This document shows positions 1-10,935 of a stretch of 64,000 nucleotides of DNA, piece after piece. Source of the DNA: a bacterium. GTDB taxonomy: Bacteria; Margulisbacteria; WOR-1; O2-12-FULL-45-9; XYB2-FULL-48-7. The position numbers and the translations under genes were made by a program. The stretch lies in contig JBDRLW010000003.1 of the NCBI GenBank assembly GCA_043812655.1, forward strand, positions 1-64,000, in the 5' to 3' direction. Positions within the stretch are counted from its first letter, which is position 1. Every line of letters begins with the position of its first letter. Below the pieces are notes generated by a model that worked only from the letters and a program-made list of their open reading frames with translations, did not search any database and had not been told where the DNA came from.

Positions 1-1
1 A

Positions 2-685
2 CGCGGCGGCGGCCTACTCTCCCCCGGCAAAACATTTTTACAAACTATCGCCAGCCAGGGAGTTGGTGAGATCGCCGCCAAAGTAGAGAACGAAGAACCG
101 ACAATTAATGAGGATCGGAATCAAGCCTCATTAAAAGGCCGCATAAAAGAGCATCATCATATAATGAAGCATTCGGTCGTTACAGCGCCCAAGGAACACG
201 TTGATATACTTGAAGGCAATGTTCCGGTTGTTACCCCTGCTCCTATGCCTACTCCTATGCCTGAGGCCGAAACACCTGATAATATTAGTATAAACAAGAA
301 AGAAGAAGAACTAAAGAAAGAAACTGTTGTTCTGGCACAGGAATTGAACCTAAATTCGTCTGATCTAACCAACAAGTTTGCCTTGCAGCAAAAAGATCTC
401 CATAACCTTATTTTTAAGATAAGAGAACTCCATTTAAAACGCCTGCTTTGTGCCACTAAACAAGAATTTGAGTCCATAACTGAAGAAATAACAAAAGAAA
501 CATTAGCCGGACTTAAGGCCGAAGCGACCGAATGGATGTTATCCAGCCTTAATAACTTAACTAAAAGCGCGGCAGAATATAAGCTAAAACTAACTGATTC
601 GATGCAATCGATCCATATTGACAACCATCTTGATAATACAAAAAAATGGCTAACGGAACTTATTGCGAAGTTATCTAAGCCCTAA
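2..685 (+). CDS. Hypothetical protein, 5'-partial, with Pro-rich linker and helical C-terminus
   Basis: Frame is open from base 2 to the stop at 683-685, so it extends upstream of the ORF-track start at 164; no recognised motif. Confidence 0.65.
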   Translation, partial: RGGGLLSPGKTFLQTIASQGVGEIAAKVENEEPTINEDRNQASLKGRIKEHHHIMKHSVVTAPKEHVDILEGNVPVVTPAPMPTPMPEAETPDNISINKKEEELKKETVVLAQELNLNSSDLTNKFALQQKDLHNLIFKIRELHLKRLLCATKQEFESITEEITKETLAGLKAEATEWMLSSLNNLTKSAAEYKLKLTDSMQSIHIDNHLDNTKKWLTELIAKLSKP

Positions 686-1411
686 TAGCTTATGTATTTG
701 CGGAATTACCCTAACTTGCTTCAACTTCCGCTTTGCTAATGCCTGAAAAGCTAGGATTTTAACCGCTTCTGGCGGTTTAACATGACGATGCGCGGTTGCT
801 GGTTGTAAGATCAATGGGATATTTTCGTCCACTTCCGCAATGATCTTTACTCCTTCTTCCAAGTCTTTCATCGTCGTTTCTTTAGTAAAAACTATTTTCA
901 CAAATACTTCTTTGAGATAAGCTGTTTCCAAAAAACGCCGATGCTCTTTCCAGTATGGTGATAATCCAGTCGCGCTCGGCAGCTTAATATCCATAGAAAT
1001 AATATCAACAAGCTCAATAATCTCAGTTAAATGATCCGGTAGCGTTCCATTGGTTTCAAGATATATAGGCAGTTTGAGCTGTTCTTTTAGTAACGGAATA
1101 AACGACTTTAAAAACTCTACCTGAAGCAGTGGCTCCCCACCAGTTAAGCTGATCGAATGATGAAGGCCTTTTTGCGTATCTAACAAACTAATGGCTCGAC
1201 AAGCTCGCCATTCCAGACATTCCGAGCCCTGTCGAGGAACCGACTCAACCAACTCTTCGGCTGATGTTAGCTTCCCTTCATTTTTAGCTGGGGTGTCGCA
1301 ATAACCACAAGTGAGGTTACAACCGACGAATCGAACAAAGATCTGTCTCTCCCCAACATACATCCCCTCCCCCTGGATCGAAGAAAATATTTCGTTAAGC
1401 TTGGCTGGCAC
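671..1411 (-). CDS. queE: 7-carboxy-7-deazaguanine synthase (radical SAM), with a 16-aa repeat-derived insertion
   Basis: EIFSSIQGEG, CNLTCGYCDT, TGGEPLLQ, LETNG and VIPQIHK motifs. Confidence 0.92.
   Translation of the reverse strand: MPAKLNEIFSSIQGEGMYVGERQIFVRFVGCNLTCGYCDTPAKNEGKLTSAEELVESVPRQGSECLEWRACRAISLLDTQKGLHHSISLTGGEPLLQVEFLKSFIPLLKEQLKLPIYLETNGTLPDHLTEIIELVDIISMDIKLPSATGLSPYWKEHRRFLETAYLKEVFVKIVFTKETTMKDLEEGVKIIAEVDENIPLILQPATAHRHVKPPEAVKILAFQALAKRKLKQVRVIPQIHKLLGLR
1191..1238. repeat. 48-nt double-hairpin CTCGAC/GCTCG repeat inserted in-frame in queE
   Basis: 41/48 identical to the intergenic copy at 48220-48267. Confidence 0.9.
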
Positions 1412-2270
1412 TCAAATACCCTTTTTCAATTAGATATGCCTTAAGCGCCTCTTGCCAGCTTGGCAGGTCATCAAGCCCTAAACTTTGCAGTTTCGCATTC
1501 CGTAAGACAGAATACATTGGCCTTTGCGCTTTAGTTTTATATTCCGTGCTTTTTATTTTAGTGACCTTGGCATCAATCTTAAGCAGCTCAAATATTTTGC
1601 AAGCAAATTCATACCAGGAACACTCCCCATTATTGGTAATATGATAAAGCCCATAATGCTCTGTCCGGCAAAGTTCATTGATCTTCCTGGCTAAATGAAC
1701 GGAATAAGTTGGCGACATAATTTCATCGCCCACAACTTTAATTTCTGTATTTGTTTTAGAACTTTTGATGATATTTTCCACAAAGTTTCCCCCACCCTTA
1801 CCTAAGCAACCGGCTGAGCCAAAAAGAGAGGCGGTCCGCACAATAAAATGTTTATCTACCAAATACTTAACATAATATTCACCGGCTAATTTTGAAATGC
1901 CGTAAGCTGATCTAGGATTTGGCAAATCGGTTTCAACATAAGGTTCTCTTTTGTGGCCATCAAACACATAATCGGTTGAAAGATGTACTAATGTCGCTCC
2001 ACTCTCCCGACAAGCCAACGCTAAGTATTTAGTCCCCAGAGCATTGATCCTAAAGGCTAATTCATCATTTTCCTCACTATCATCAACTTTGTTATATGCA
2101 GCAGTATTAATGACAATATTGGGCTGGTGTTTTTTTATAATACTAAAAGTTTTATTTTTATCAGTAATGTCAATATCTTTTATAGTAAGCGGGGTTTGTT
2201 CGTTTTTATCGATCTCTTTACAGAGGTCTGATCCAAGTTGGCCATCGGCCCCGATGATGAGGATATTCAT
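1395..2270 (-). CDS. rfbD: dTDP-4-dehydrorhamnose reductase
   Basis: GADGQLG, STDYVFDG, YGISK and RPMYSVL motifs. Confidence 0.9.
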   Translation of the reverse strand: MNILIIGADGQLGSDLCKEIDKNEQTPLTIKDIDITDKNKTFSIIKKHQPNIVINTAAYNKVDDSEENDELAFRINALGTKYLALACRESGATLVHLSTDYVFDGHKREPYVETDLPNPRSAYGISKLAGEYYVKYLVDKHFIVRTASLFGSAGCLGKGGGNFVENIIKSSKTNTEIKVVGDEIMSPTYSVHLARKINELCRTEHYGLYHITNNGECSWYEFACKIFELLKIDAKVTKIKSTEYKTKAQRPMYSVLRNAKLQSLGLDDLPSWQEALKAYLIEKGYLSASQA

Positions 2271-2692
2271 CTCGCCTTTTTCAGAGGAGAATGAATTTGA
2301 TAAAGTTTCCAGATTAGGTGTCTTGAAATATTTATTAATACTAGAGCAATCAGAGAACCAATTATTACTATTTCTTTTGAATATAATGCTTCTCGATACA
2401 AAAACAAAATAATCACATAATTAAAAAATGCCGCTGAAAAGGCGCCAAATGAAACAGAAAAAAAATTGTCGATTCTATTAACCTTATCTTGTTGCAGTTT
2501 ATATAAACCAGCTAAATTCAGTACAACCAACCAAAGCACTGTAATAAAAAACAGATGTTTATAATAAACGGCTATCGCCAGCAAAACATTAATTGTTTTG
2601 AACTTTACAAGGAACGCAGTAGTAAATGCAAAATCAATGATAATAATATCAGAAATGATCTTTAAAAATAAATATCTCCAATTTCTACTCAT
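2267..2692 (-). CDS. Four-TM membrane protein resembling the N-terminal domain of WcaJ/WbaP-type phosphoglycosyltransferases
   Basis: Four hydrophobic segments with D-x-x-I and GLY patterns; no catalytic domain. Confidence 0.6.
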   Translation of the reverse strand: MSRNWRYLFLKIISDIIIIDFAFTTAFLVKFKTINVLLAIAVYYKHLFFITVLWLVVLNLAGLYKLQQDKVNRIDNFFSVSFGAFSAAFFNYVIILFLYREALYSKEIVIIGSLIALVLINISRHLIWKLYQIHSPLKKAR

Positions 2693-4560
2693 ATAATTGA
2701 CCCCTTAAAACTCGGGATCATCTCTTTTATTTTTCCTCTTATCTCCGCTTTTTTCCCTGCTCGCGCTAACTGCTCCAATAGTTTAACATTCTCCGTCAAT
2801 TTATTGTTAGCTATATCCAGTGATGGAGAAATAAATATTTTCTCATGTTTTGTCGTCTTTCCACCTTCTTCACTGGTCAAGATCTCTTCAAACAGCTTTT
2901 CTCCAGGTTTAAGGCCAATAAACTTTATTTCTATGTCTACCCCTTCTTCTAAGCCAGATAGCCTGATCAAATCACGAGCCAGGTCAACTATCTTGACCGG
3001 TTCACCCATATCCAAAATAAACAACTCGCCTCCACTCCCCAAAGCGCCGGCTTGGACAACTAATTGAGCCGCTTCCGGGATCGTCATAAAATATCGTTTT
3101 GCTTCCGGATGAGTAATGGTTATTGGCCCACCGGCAGTAATCTGCTTTTTAAAGATCGGCACAACACTGCCACGGCTCCCCAGCACATTACCAAATCTAA
3201 CCGAAACATATTTTGTTTTTGACCCTGTTTGTGACTTTGCCTGCACAATCATTTCCGCCAATCTCTTTGTTGCTCCCATGATACTACTCGGATTAACAGC
3301 CTTATCTGTCGAGATCATCACAAATTCCTTAACCTGATAACGATCGGCCAAATCAACAAGATTTCTAGTGCCAACCACATTGTTTAATATGGCCTCATCA
3401 GGATCACGCTCCATCAACATTACATGCTTGTGCGCAGCCGCGTGAAAGACGACCTCCGGTTTAACATTTTGGAAGATATTACTCATACGGTCAATATCAC
3501 GGATATCAGCAATATGAACCGCTAGATCAAGAAAAGGATAACGACCCTTTAATTCGTTTTCAATATCAAAGATACTGTTCTCCCCTTTCCCGATCAATAT
3601 AAGTTTTGCGGGGTTATAAGCAGCTACCTGTCGGCAAAGCTCTGAGCCAATAGAACCGCCAGCGCCGGTTACCATCACGGAAGAATTGGTCAAATATGAG
3701 GAGATGCTTTCCATGTCTAGCTTAATCGGGTCACGGCCAAGCAAATCTTCGATCTCAACATTTCTAATCTGATTCACATGCACAGTCCCATCAATTAATT
3801 CAAACATTCCCGGAACAATCTTAAATTTTGCGCCGCTTTTTTCGCACAATTCAACAACATGTCTGATCTGCTTGTGAGTCGCTCTCGGCATGGCAATAAT
3901 AACCTCATCGATACCATTGGCTTCAACAATCAGTGGTATACTCTCACAATCACCAAGCACCGGCAGATGATGAATAAATGTCCCTTTCTTGCTAGGATTA
4001 TCATCAACAAAACCGATTGGCCGGTATTTTAATTTGGGAAGCTTTTGGATCTCACGAAGGATCATCTCCCCTGCATCTCCCGCTCCGACGATCAAAACTC
4101 TTTGCTCTTCGCCAGTCCGGCTAATTAAAGAATGTGTCTCTTTCCAATAACGGATAGCCAGACGCATCCCACCGATCAAGGCAAAACAAACCAATCCCTC
4201 AACAAAAAAAATGGCTGGTGAGAATGCGCGGCTGCCAAAAATAATCACCGTTGCGGCCAATAGTACTGTGCTCAAAATAACCGCCTTGATCAGAGCAACA
4301 ACCTCCCTAACGCTCATATATTGCCAAGCCCAATGGTAAAGCCCAAAATTACGAAATGTACCAATACGAAAGGCAATGCTAAGTAATAGAACCCACCAAA
4401 ACCGGTTTAAAAGAGCCACCGTCCCAAATAGACCTGGACCGGTTAAAAAATAGAAAGCCAAGATCATGGAAATTATCATCGATATAACATCGCTTATAAC
4501 CAGAAGGCTTAGCTTGTAGCGCCTTACCAGATCAAGCGTAAAACAATAAAGTCTATCCAT
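2689..4560 (-). CDS. Membrane-anchored nucleoside-diphosphate sugar 4,6-dehydratase (PglF/CapD/WbpM family)
   Basis: N-terminal TMs, GAGDAG, TGAGGSIGSEL, STDKAVNP, MGATK and RFGNVLGSRGSV; start at MDRL is my choice. Confidence 0.92.
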   Translation of the reverse strand: MDRLYCFTLDLVRRYKLSLLVISDVISMIISMILAFYFLTGPGLFGTVALLNRFWWVLLLSIAFRIGTFRNFGLYHWAWQYMSVREVVALIKAVILSTVLLAATVIIFGSRAFSPAIFFVEGLVCFALIGGMRLAIRYWKETHSLISRTGEEQRVLIVGAGDAGEMILREIQKLPKLKYRPIGFVDDNPSKKGTFIHHLPVLGDCESIPLIVEANGIDEVIIAMPRATHKQIRHVVELCEKSGAKFKIVPGMFELIDGTVHVNQIRNVEIEDLLGRDPIKLDMESISSYLTNSSVMVTGAGGSIGSELCRQVAAYNPAKLILIGKGENSIFDIENELKGRYPFLDLAVHIADIRDIDRMSNIFQNVKPEVVFHAAAHKHVMLMERDPDEAILNNVVGTRNLVDLADRYQVKEFVMISTDKAVNPSSIMGATKRLAEMIVQAKSQTGSKTKYVSVRFGNVLGSRGSVVPIFKKQITAGGPITITHPEAKRYFMTIPEAAQLVVQAGALGSGGELFILDMGEPVKIVDLARDLIRLSGLEEGVDIEIKFIGLKPGEKLFEEILTSEEGGKTTKHEKIFISPSLDIANNKLTENVKLLEQLARAGKKAEIRGKIKEMIPSFKGSII

Positions 4561-5620
4561 TGCTTTTTCCCTTGGCCGATAATTCAAGTTTTTTTACAAG
4601 CATACTGAAACTACCCATTATTGCTAACGCCAAAACTGACAACATTGCCCTCCCCTCCAGGCCAGATGCCAAGAATAATAGTCCTAATAAGCCAAGAAGT
4701 AAGGCCAGAACATAATAGATCAAGCTGACATCACGGTGCGACATTCCCAAAATGATCAAGCGCTGGTAAAGGTGTTCGCGATGCGCTTCAATAACATTTT
4801 TACCCTGCAGCCCTCGTCTGATAAAGGTGACCATCGCATCATATATAATTGGCGCAAAAATAAAAAGAAAAACATAGATCGGCACTGAGTTGTCACTGCC
4901 ATTGGTTAACATGATACTTAAAACAGCAAAATTATAGCCAAGAAACATGCTGCCAGCGTCACCAAGAAATATTGAGGCGGGACTAAAATTAAAAGAGAGA
5001 AAACCAAGGCAGGCCGCCAACAAAAGCATCGCCACCCCGGCAACAAAAAGATTGCCGGTCAAGACTGATATCGCTATAATAAAGAACGCCCCGATTACGG
5101 ACGATCCACCGATTAAACCATCTGTTCCATCCATAAAGTTAAAAGCATTGATCAATCCGTAAATCCAAATAACGGTTAGAGGATAAAGGATATAACTATT
5201 GTTGCCAATTATGCCTAGATAATTCAACTTTAGACCAAAGAGGACAGGCAAAAGAGCACTTGCTACCATCCCAAGAATCTTTTGTTTTCCTTTGAGGTTT
5301 ACCAAATCATCCATTATCCCTACCATAAAAATCAGCAATCCGCCCAATAAATATGGGAGAATATACAAATGATTCCAACCATAAAACATCAACATACTAA
5401 CAATAAATACTAAGGCTACAACTACCCCTCCGCAACGCGGGATTGGTTTTGAATGCGAGCTTCTTTGATTGGGAAGATCAATAAATAAATTTAATCTAAT
5501 AGCCAGCTGTTTAGCCAATTGCATTAGAAGAATAGAGATAGCAACAAATACAGAAAATAATATGAAATAGTTATATTCCACATCTAAATTATACCTTATT
5601 AGCTCTATTTGCTCAATCAC
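4553..5620 (-). CDS. wecA: Undecaprenyl-phosphate GlcNAc-1-phosphate transferase (WecA/MraY family)
   Basis: RSSH..PIPRCGG, MDD, NAFNFMDGTDG, FLGDAGS and HLYQRL; start uncertain. Confidence 0.85.
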   Translation of the reverse strand: MIEQIELIRYNLDVEYNYFILFSVFVAISILLMQLAKQLAIRLNLFIDLPNQRSSHSKPIPRCGGVVVALVFIVSMLMFYGWNHLYILPYLLGGLLIFMVGIMDDLVNLKGKQKILGMVASALLPVLFGLKLNYLGIIGNNSYILYPLTVIWIYGLINAFNFMDGTDGLIGGSSVIGAFFIIAISVLTGNLFVAGVAMLLLAACLGFLSFNFSPASIFLGDAGSMFLGYNFAVLSIMLTNGSDNSVPIYVFLFIFAPIIYDAMVTFIRRGLQGKNVIEAHREHLYQRLIILGMSHRDVSLIYYVLALLLGLLGLLFLASGLEGRAMLSVLALAIMGSFSMLVKKLELSAKGKSNG

Positions 5621-6522
5621 AAACCATCTGGAAAAGTCCTCGGCAAATAGTGAAAAACTCGTCTCGCCTTTTGGAAGGAATAGGTATTATTTTGGCAGAG
5701 TTTACTCTTTGGATTTATCATTTGAAGAAGAAAAGATGGAACCGGTACCGTTAAAATCCTTAGGCCCAGCTTACTGGCCAGCCTTTTAATTATATCTTTT
5801 AAGCTAAGTGGCGGCGCACTGATATTAAAAATCTGTCCAAAGGCCTCCTGATTATTCAAGCAATTGATTATTGCCTGCGCAACATCTCCTACATAAACAA
5901 AACTTTTTAAGGTTTTACCTGAATCAAATAACGGAAAAAAATGAAATCTTCTTAAAATCTTAATCATTCTGGCAATATTCCCCTTATCATTTGGGCCACC
6001 ATAAATCGTAGCTGGGCGCAAGATCGTAGACTTTAAAGAAGAATTGGAAAAGGCGCTCCTAAGATAATCTTCAGCCCGTTGTTTACTTTCTCCGTAAGGC
6101 GTATCAGGTAAACTGGCGCTATCTTCGCTATATTCCGCTGATTGGTAGTTGCCATACACGGCTACCGTAGAAATAAATATGAACTGTTTGATCCTAGAAG
6201 TTGAATATTTATTATACGCATCACTTAATCTTTTAGTTGCCTCATAATTAACCTGATAATATAACTCTTTCGCAGCTTTTGGCTGATGCACCACGGCCGC
6301 CAAATGAATAAAAACATCAACATCAGATAGATATTGCTTAAGGAAATCATTGCTTAACTGGCAGACATTTCCATAGATGATCTTGATTGACCTAAATTGC
6401 TTCAGGTTGTTCGTATCATTTTGATCAAAGGCGAGAACGATAATTTCATTGCCAGAATCTCTTAACCTAGTTAACAATTCTGTCCCCAGTGAGCCATTAG
6501 CGCCAGTTATTAATATTTTCAT
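5617..6522 (-). CDS. NAD-dependent epimerase/dehydratase
   Basis: TGANGSLG, HLAA and YGESK. Confidence 0.85.
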   Translation of the reverse strand: MKILITGANGSLGTELLTRLRDSGNEIIVLAFDQNDTNNLKQFRSIKIIYGNVCQLSNDFLKQYLSDVDVFIHLAAVVHQPKAAKELYYQVNYEATKRLSDAYNKYSTSRIKQFIFISTVAVYGNYQSAEYSEDSASLPDTPYGESKQRAEDYLRSAFSNSSLKSTILRPATIYGGPNDKGNIARMIKILRRFHFFPLFDSGKTLKSFVYVGDVAQAIINCLNNQEAFGQIFNISAPPLSLKDIIKRLASKLGLRILTVPVPSFLLQMINPKSKLCQNNTYSFQKARRVFHYLPRTFPDGL

Positions 6523-6542
6523 TGTTTCTTCACAATATAGCC

Positions 6543-7772
6543 TTATATAGGTTGCGCTTTTTGGAATAATTGCTTAAAAAGAAAAACATATTCATTTATA
6601 ATTATGTTTTTCGCGAAATGTTTTTCAAAATAACCTCTCGCTTTTTCACCCATTGTTCTCCCCAACTGACGATCATGATACAGATGTAATATCTTATTTT
6701 TGAATTCTTCAATATTATCCTGATCTAAAACGTAGCCGCATCCAGCTGCTGCTATAACCCTAGAAACCTCACTATCCTTGCCCAACAAAGCAATGATCGG
6801 TCTACCACTAGCCATAATCGTATATAGCTTACTCGGCACCCCCAACCCTTCAGCTCCTTTTTCTAATGTAATTATATCAACATCAGCAGCCGCATATGAA
6901 TGTGACATAACACTTTTATCTTGATATGGCAAAAATTTAACATTTGACAACCCTTTTTCTTTCACCATTTTCTCTAGTTTTGCCTTCTTCCCCCCTTCCC
7001 CCACAAAAAGAAAAAGGATATCTTGATAATCCGCTAACGCCTCCGCAGCATAGATAATCGCTTCTAAATACTGGAAAAGACCAAGATTCCCGGAATAAAA
7101 AACAACATATTTTTTATCTAGCCCGTGCGCAACGGCAAATTGATCACCTAATTTGTTCATTGGTTTAACTAACTCACCGTCACACCAGTTTGGAATTGTG
7201 GCAAAGGTCCCGTTGCCCGGCTTAATTTTCCTGGAAACAACCTTTTGCATGCAATCCCCTAACACCACTGTTACGCTGGCTTCTGTAAGAATAAGTTGAT
7301 TAAAATAATCCCAAATCCTTTGGATGATCCCATTGGCTTTTATAACTCCGAGGTTGACTGCAATGTCCGGATAAATATCATGCACAAGATAAACAAATCT
7401 ATTTTTTTTAAGTTTTTTTATTAGCCAACCAAGAAACGGCAGAAACGGCGGATTAGAAACAATAAATAAGATATCCGAGCCCTTGAGCTGTAATAAACAA
7501 AAAAAAGCACCCCAGAAAAAAGTAAAGTCATTGATTAGCCGGCCCATAATATTGGCCTTTGAAAATCTAGTCCCCCTAATTCTTCCGATCTGAATCCCCT
7601 TATATTGCTCTTGTACCTTATCTTTTTGGTGTTTTCGTGTTATTGTTAAAATTGAAAATCCATTATTTTTTAATTCTTCTGCTAATTCTGTAAGCAACTG
7701 ACCGGTTGAGGTTATCTCTGGGTAAAAATGTTGTGTTAAAAGGACAATTCGTTTTTCAGGTTCAACCTTCAT
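6543..7772 (-). CDS. Glycosyltransferase family 4 (WbuB/WcaI-like)
   Basis: [20 protein letters not shown] and VPSKLY..MASG. Confidence 0.88.
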   Translation of the reverse strand: MKVEPEKRIVLLTQHFYPEITSTGQLLTELAEELKNNGFSILTITRKHQKDKVQEQYKGIQIGRIRGTRFSKANIMGRLINDFTFFWGAFFCLLQLKGSDILFIVSNPPFLPFLGWLIKKLKKNRFVYLVHDIYPDIAVNLGVIKANGIIQRIWDYFNQLILTEASVTVVLGDCMQKVVSRKIKPGNGTFATIPNWCDGELVKPMNKLGDQFAVAHGLDKKYVVFYSGNLGLFQYLEAIIYAAEALADYQDILFLFVGEGGKKAKLEKMVKEKGLSNVKFLPYQDKSVMSHSYAAADVDIITLEKGAEGLGVPSKLYTIMASGRPIIALLGKDSEVSRVIAAAGCGYVLDQDNIEEFKNKILHLYHDRQLGRTMGEKARGYFEKHFAKNIIINEYVFLFKQLFQKAQPI

Positions 7773-8722
7773 GTCGAAATTCTACTATATTTTTCTCTAT
7801 ACCACTCTATAGTTTTCTTTAGCCCTTCATTAAAAGTGGTTTTAGCTTCGAAAGAAAACTCCTGTTTCGCCCGAGAGACATCCAAACATCGCCTTGGTTG
7901 ACCATCTGGTTTTGTTTTATCCCAAATTATTTTTCCTTTGAACCCGCACAATCCAGCGATCAAGACTACAAGTTCCTTGATCTTGAGTTCAATGGAGGTT
8001 CCCAAGTTGATGGGATCGCTTTTATTGTACTTCTCAGCCGCCAGCATTATCCCTTCAGCACAATCTTCCACAAATAAAAAGCCTCTTGATGCCTCGCCTG
8101 TCCCCCACAGAACGATCTCTTTATCGCCGTTCTGCTCAGCATCGACCATTTTCTTAATAATTGCCGGAATTACATGCGAGGAGGCCGGGTTAAAATTGTC
8201 GCGCGGACCGTACAAGTTCAGCGGCAGCAAGAAAATGGAATTAAAATCATATTGCTGCCGGTAGGCCTGTGATTGCACTAACAACATTTTCTTAGCTAGC
8301 CCATAAGGCGCATTCGTCTCTTCTGGATATCCATTCCAGATATCTTCTTCCTTAAACGGCACCGGCGTATATTTTGGATAGGCGCAGACAGTACCAATTG
8401 CCACAAATTTATTTATCCCGTGCAATCTTGCCTGTTCCATCAGTTGCACTCCCATCATCAAATTATCATAAAAAAATGATCCAGGATTATCACGATTAGC
8501 GCCGATACCCCCGACTGCGGCGGCCAGATGGATAACCATGTTCGAATTAAAGCCACTATACAACCTGATAATGTCCGATTCTTTTCTTAAATCAAATTTT
8601 TCGATCAGTGGAATATAAATATCCTGACAGCCACGTTGTTTAAGCTTTTCAACTACATAAGAGCCAAGAAAGCCCGCCCCCCCCGTAACGATCACCTTTT
8701 TATCAGACCAAAAATTGTTCAC
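7769..8722 (-). CDS. fcl: GDP-L-fucose synthase
   Basis: VGGIGAN, YGLAK, NLYGP, HVIPA and KPDGQPRR. Confidence 0.93.
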   Translation of the reverse strand: MNNFWSDKKVIVTGGAGFLGSYVVEKLKQRGCQDIYIPLIEKFDLRKESDIIRLYSGFNSNMVIHLAAAVGGIGANRDNPGSFFYDNLMMGVQLMEQARLHGINKFVAIGTVCAYPKYTPVPFKEEDIWNGYPEETNAPYGLAKKMLLVQSQAYRQQYDFNSIFLLPLNLYGPRDNFNPASSHVIPAIIKKMVDAEQNGDKEIVLWGTGEASRGFLFVEDCAEGIMLAAEKYNKSDPINLGTSIELKIKELVVLIAGLCGFKGKIIWDKTKPDGQPRRCLDVSRAKQEFSFEAKTTFNEGLKKTIEWYREKYSRIST

Positions 8723-9750
8723 AGTCCTCTTACTTCCCTTTCCGCCAATTTAAGATCTTCGCGCATCATGATTTCAACTATTTCATGGAACAACACTTTA
8801 GGCTTCCAGCCCAGTACCGCTTTGGCCTTGGACGGATCGCCCAGCAAAAACTCAACTTCTGCCGGGCGAAAATAGCGCGGAGACACTTCAATCCTAACTT
8901 TTCCTGTTTTCTTATCGATTGCGCGTTCCGAATCGCCTCGGTCTTCCCACTTAAGTTCAACTCCAATAAATTCAAAAGCCTTTTGACAAAACTCTCTTAC
9001 GCTATGCGACTCACCTGTTGCAATAACGTAATCATCCGGCTTTCCAGCCTGCAGCATTAGCCACATCGCTTCGATAAAATCGGGCGCATAGCCCCAATCC
9101 CTTTTTGCATCTAAGTTCCCTAGTATTATTTTATCCTGCAGCCCATGCTTTATCCGGGCAACTGCCCGGCTTATTTTTCGGGTAACAAAAGTCAACCCTC
9201 TTCTCGGTGACTCATGATTGAATAATATCCCGCTGCAAGCAAATATCTTATAAGCTTCGCGGTAATTTACGGTTATCCAATGTGAATACAATTTAGCGAC
9301 GCCATATGGACTGCGGGGATGAAACGGGGTCCTTTCGCTTTGCGGCTCCGTACCTTTAAGCCCGCCAAACATTTCACTGGTTGAAGCCTGATAAACCTTA
9401 GTTGCGATTTTCATTTCCCTAATAGCATCCAATAACCTTAAGGTTCCGATCGCGTCAACCTCAGCCGTGTATTCTGGCACTTCAAAGGAAACGCCCACAT
9501 GCGATTGAGCTCCTAAATTATATATCTCATCGGGTTGAATTTTTTCTATCAAGCGGTTGAGGTTTGACGAATCGGTCAAATCTCCATGATAGGTTTTTAC
9601 TTGATCAAAAATATGATCAATTCTCTCTGTATTAAAAACCGATGCCCTTCTTAAGGTCCCATGCACTTCATAACCCTTGGCTAACAGAAATTCAGCCAGA
9701 TAAGAACCGTCTTGTCCAGTAATGCCAGTAATAAAGGCCTTTTTATTCAT
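8719..9750 (-). CDS. gmd: GDP-mannose 4,6-dehydratase
   Basis: [22 protein letters not shown] and NHESPRRG. Confidence 0.96.
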   Translation of the reverse strand: MNKKAFITGITGQDGSYLAEFLLAKGYEVHGTLRRASVFNTERIDHIFDQVKTYHGDLTDSSNLNRLIEKIQPDEIYNLGAQSHVGVSFEVPEYTAEVDAIGTLRLLDAIREMKIATKVYQASTSEMFGGLKGTEPQSERTPFHPRSPYGVAKLYSHWITVNYREAYKIFACSGILFNHESPRRGLTFVTRKISRAVARIKHGLQDKIILGNLDAKRDWGYAPDFIEAMWLMLQAGKPDDYVIATGESHSVREFCQKAFEFIGVELKWEDRGDSERAIDKKTGKVRIEVSPRYFRPAEVEFLLGDPSKAKAVLGWKPKVLFHEIVEIMMREDLKLAEREVRGL

Positions 9751-9784
9751 TTATATATTAATTTCCTCTTACTAAAACGCTGTA

Positions 9785-9793
9785 ATTATATCA
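9785..9793 (-). promoter_or_regulatory. Possible internal extended -10 promoter upstream of gmd
   Basis: TGaTATAAT on the minus strand in the 51-bp gap; no good -35. Confidence 0.4.
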
Positions 9794-9801
9794 CATATTT
9801 A

Positions 9802-10935
9802 TTACAAGACACTTTCGATCAACCTTAGATATTCAACGGCTACTTCGTCCCAACTTTTAAAAAATGTATTCAAACGCTGCCTGCCGTTATTGATGAGGCT
9901 TCCTCTCAATTGCTTATCTTTGTGAATTTTAATTATAGTGTCTAAAATTAATTCTGGTGATTTTGGGTCAAAATATAAAGCAGCGTCACCGCAAACACAT
10001 CTGGCAAAATCACGGTCACTGGTAGCAATGGGGCAGGCAAACCCCATGGCTTCCAGATAGATGATACCGAACGATTCAAGGAGAGTTGGCAAAACAAATA
10101 AATCTGCTTTCCGATAAGCAGTCGCAACCCCTTGACGTGAAAGATAACTCAAATTAATAATTATATTTCCCAACTTATTATCCTTAATTTGTTTCATGAA
10201 TCGTGCGGCCCAAGGGTGTTGATTTTCATTTACCGTAACATATATTTTGATATCTGCTTTGCGCTGTTTTACCAGTTGGGCGACTTTAATGAAAATATCC
10301 AGATTTTTACTTGGGTAATAGCTGGCAATACATAAGGCTTTTATACTATTTGGAGAATTAAACATAGCTGAGATTAGTTCATCATCCGATAGATCGGTTA
10401 GCGATTTTTCAAAACCATTCTGAATAATCCTTATTAAATCAGGCTTAACCTTTTGCCTCTTCGCCAGGTTATCAGCCATTACCTTTGTCTGAACGGCAAA
10501 AGAGGTTGCCCCTTTTTTCCCAAAACGGAAAAGAAGGTCATTGATCAGAAAAAATATTTTATCCTTTAACGGCATCTTATAATCAATTTCTGCAAGCAAA
10601 TTAGACTGATGGATAGTAACAATCTGGGGAATATGAACAAAGCGAGCCGGAATGTTGATCAAATTAAACAAACAATCAATCCTGTATTGTTTACATAATC
10701 TTGGGATAGATACCTGATCAAACCATATTCTCCATAGATAATAGAACCGTCTAGTGGAAAAAGTAATAACCTTTACCTTATCTGAAGCTAATTCTTCATA
10801 CCCCGCCCCAACCGGCGCAATCACATAGTATTCATAGGGCCCGACCATACGATTTAGGGCCAGGATTAGGTTAATTCCGACCGAACGAGTCCCACCCGAG
10901 CGGAAAGCAATGCAATTAATTAGAATTTTTTTCAA
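9802..10935 (-). CDS. Glycosyltransferase family 4
   Basis: KNL and PTLLESFGIIYLEAM (ExFGxxxxE). Confidence 0.88.
   Translation of the reverse strand: MKKILINCIAFRSGGTRSVGINLILALNRMVGPYEYYVIAPVGAGYEELASDKVKVITFSTRRFYYLWRIWFDQVSIPRLCKQYRIDCLFNLINIPARFVHIPQIVTIHQSNLLAEIDYKMPLKDKIFFLINDLLFRFGKKGATSFAVQTKVMADNLAKRQKVKPDLIRIIQNGFEKSLTDLSDDELISAMFNSPNSIKALCIASYYPSKNLDIFIKVAQLVKQRKADIKIYVTVNENQHPWAARFMKQIKDNKLGNIIINLSYLSRQGVATAYRKADLFVLPTLLESFGIIYLEAMGFACPIATSDRDFARCVCGDAALYFDPKSPELILDTIIKIHKDKQLRGSLINNGRQRLNTFFKSWDEVAVEYLRLIESVL

Noticed and set aside
240..263. 12-bp tandem duplication (PMPT/PMPE)
   Set aside because: Ordinary low-complexity linker
157..624. 155-aa minus-strand ORF
   Set aside because: Antisense to the longer plus-strand ORF, which is open from the window edge
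671..1411. queE as part of a 7-deazaguanine DNA modification (dpd) system
   Set aside because: No dpdA, queC, queD or folE nearby
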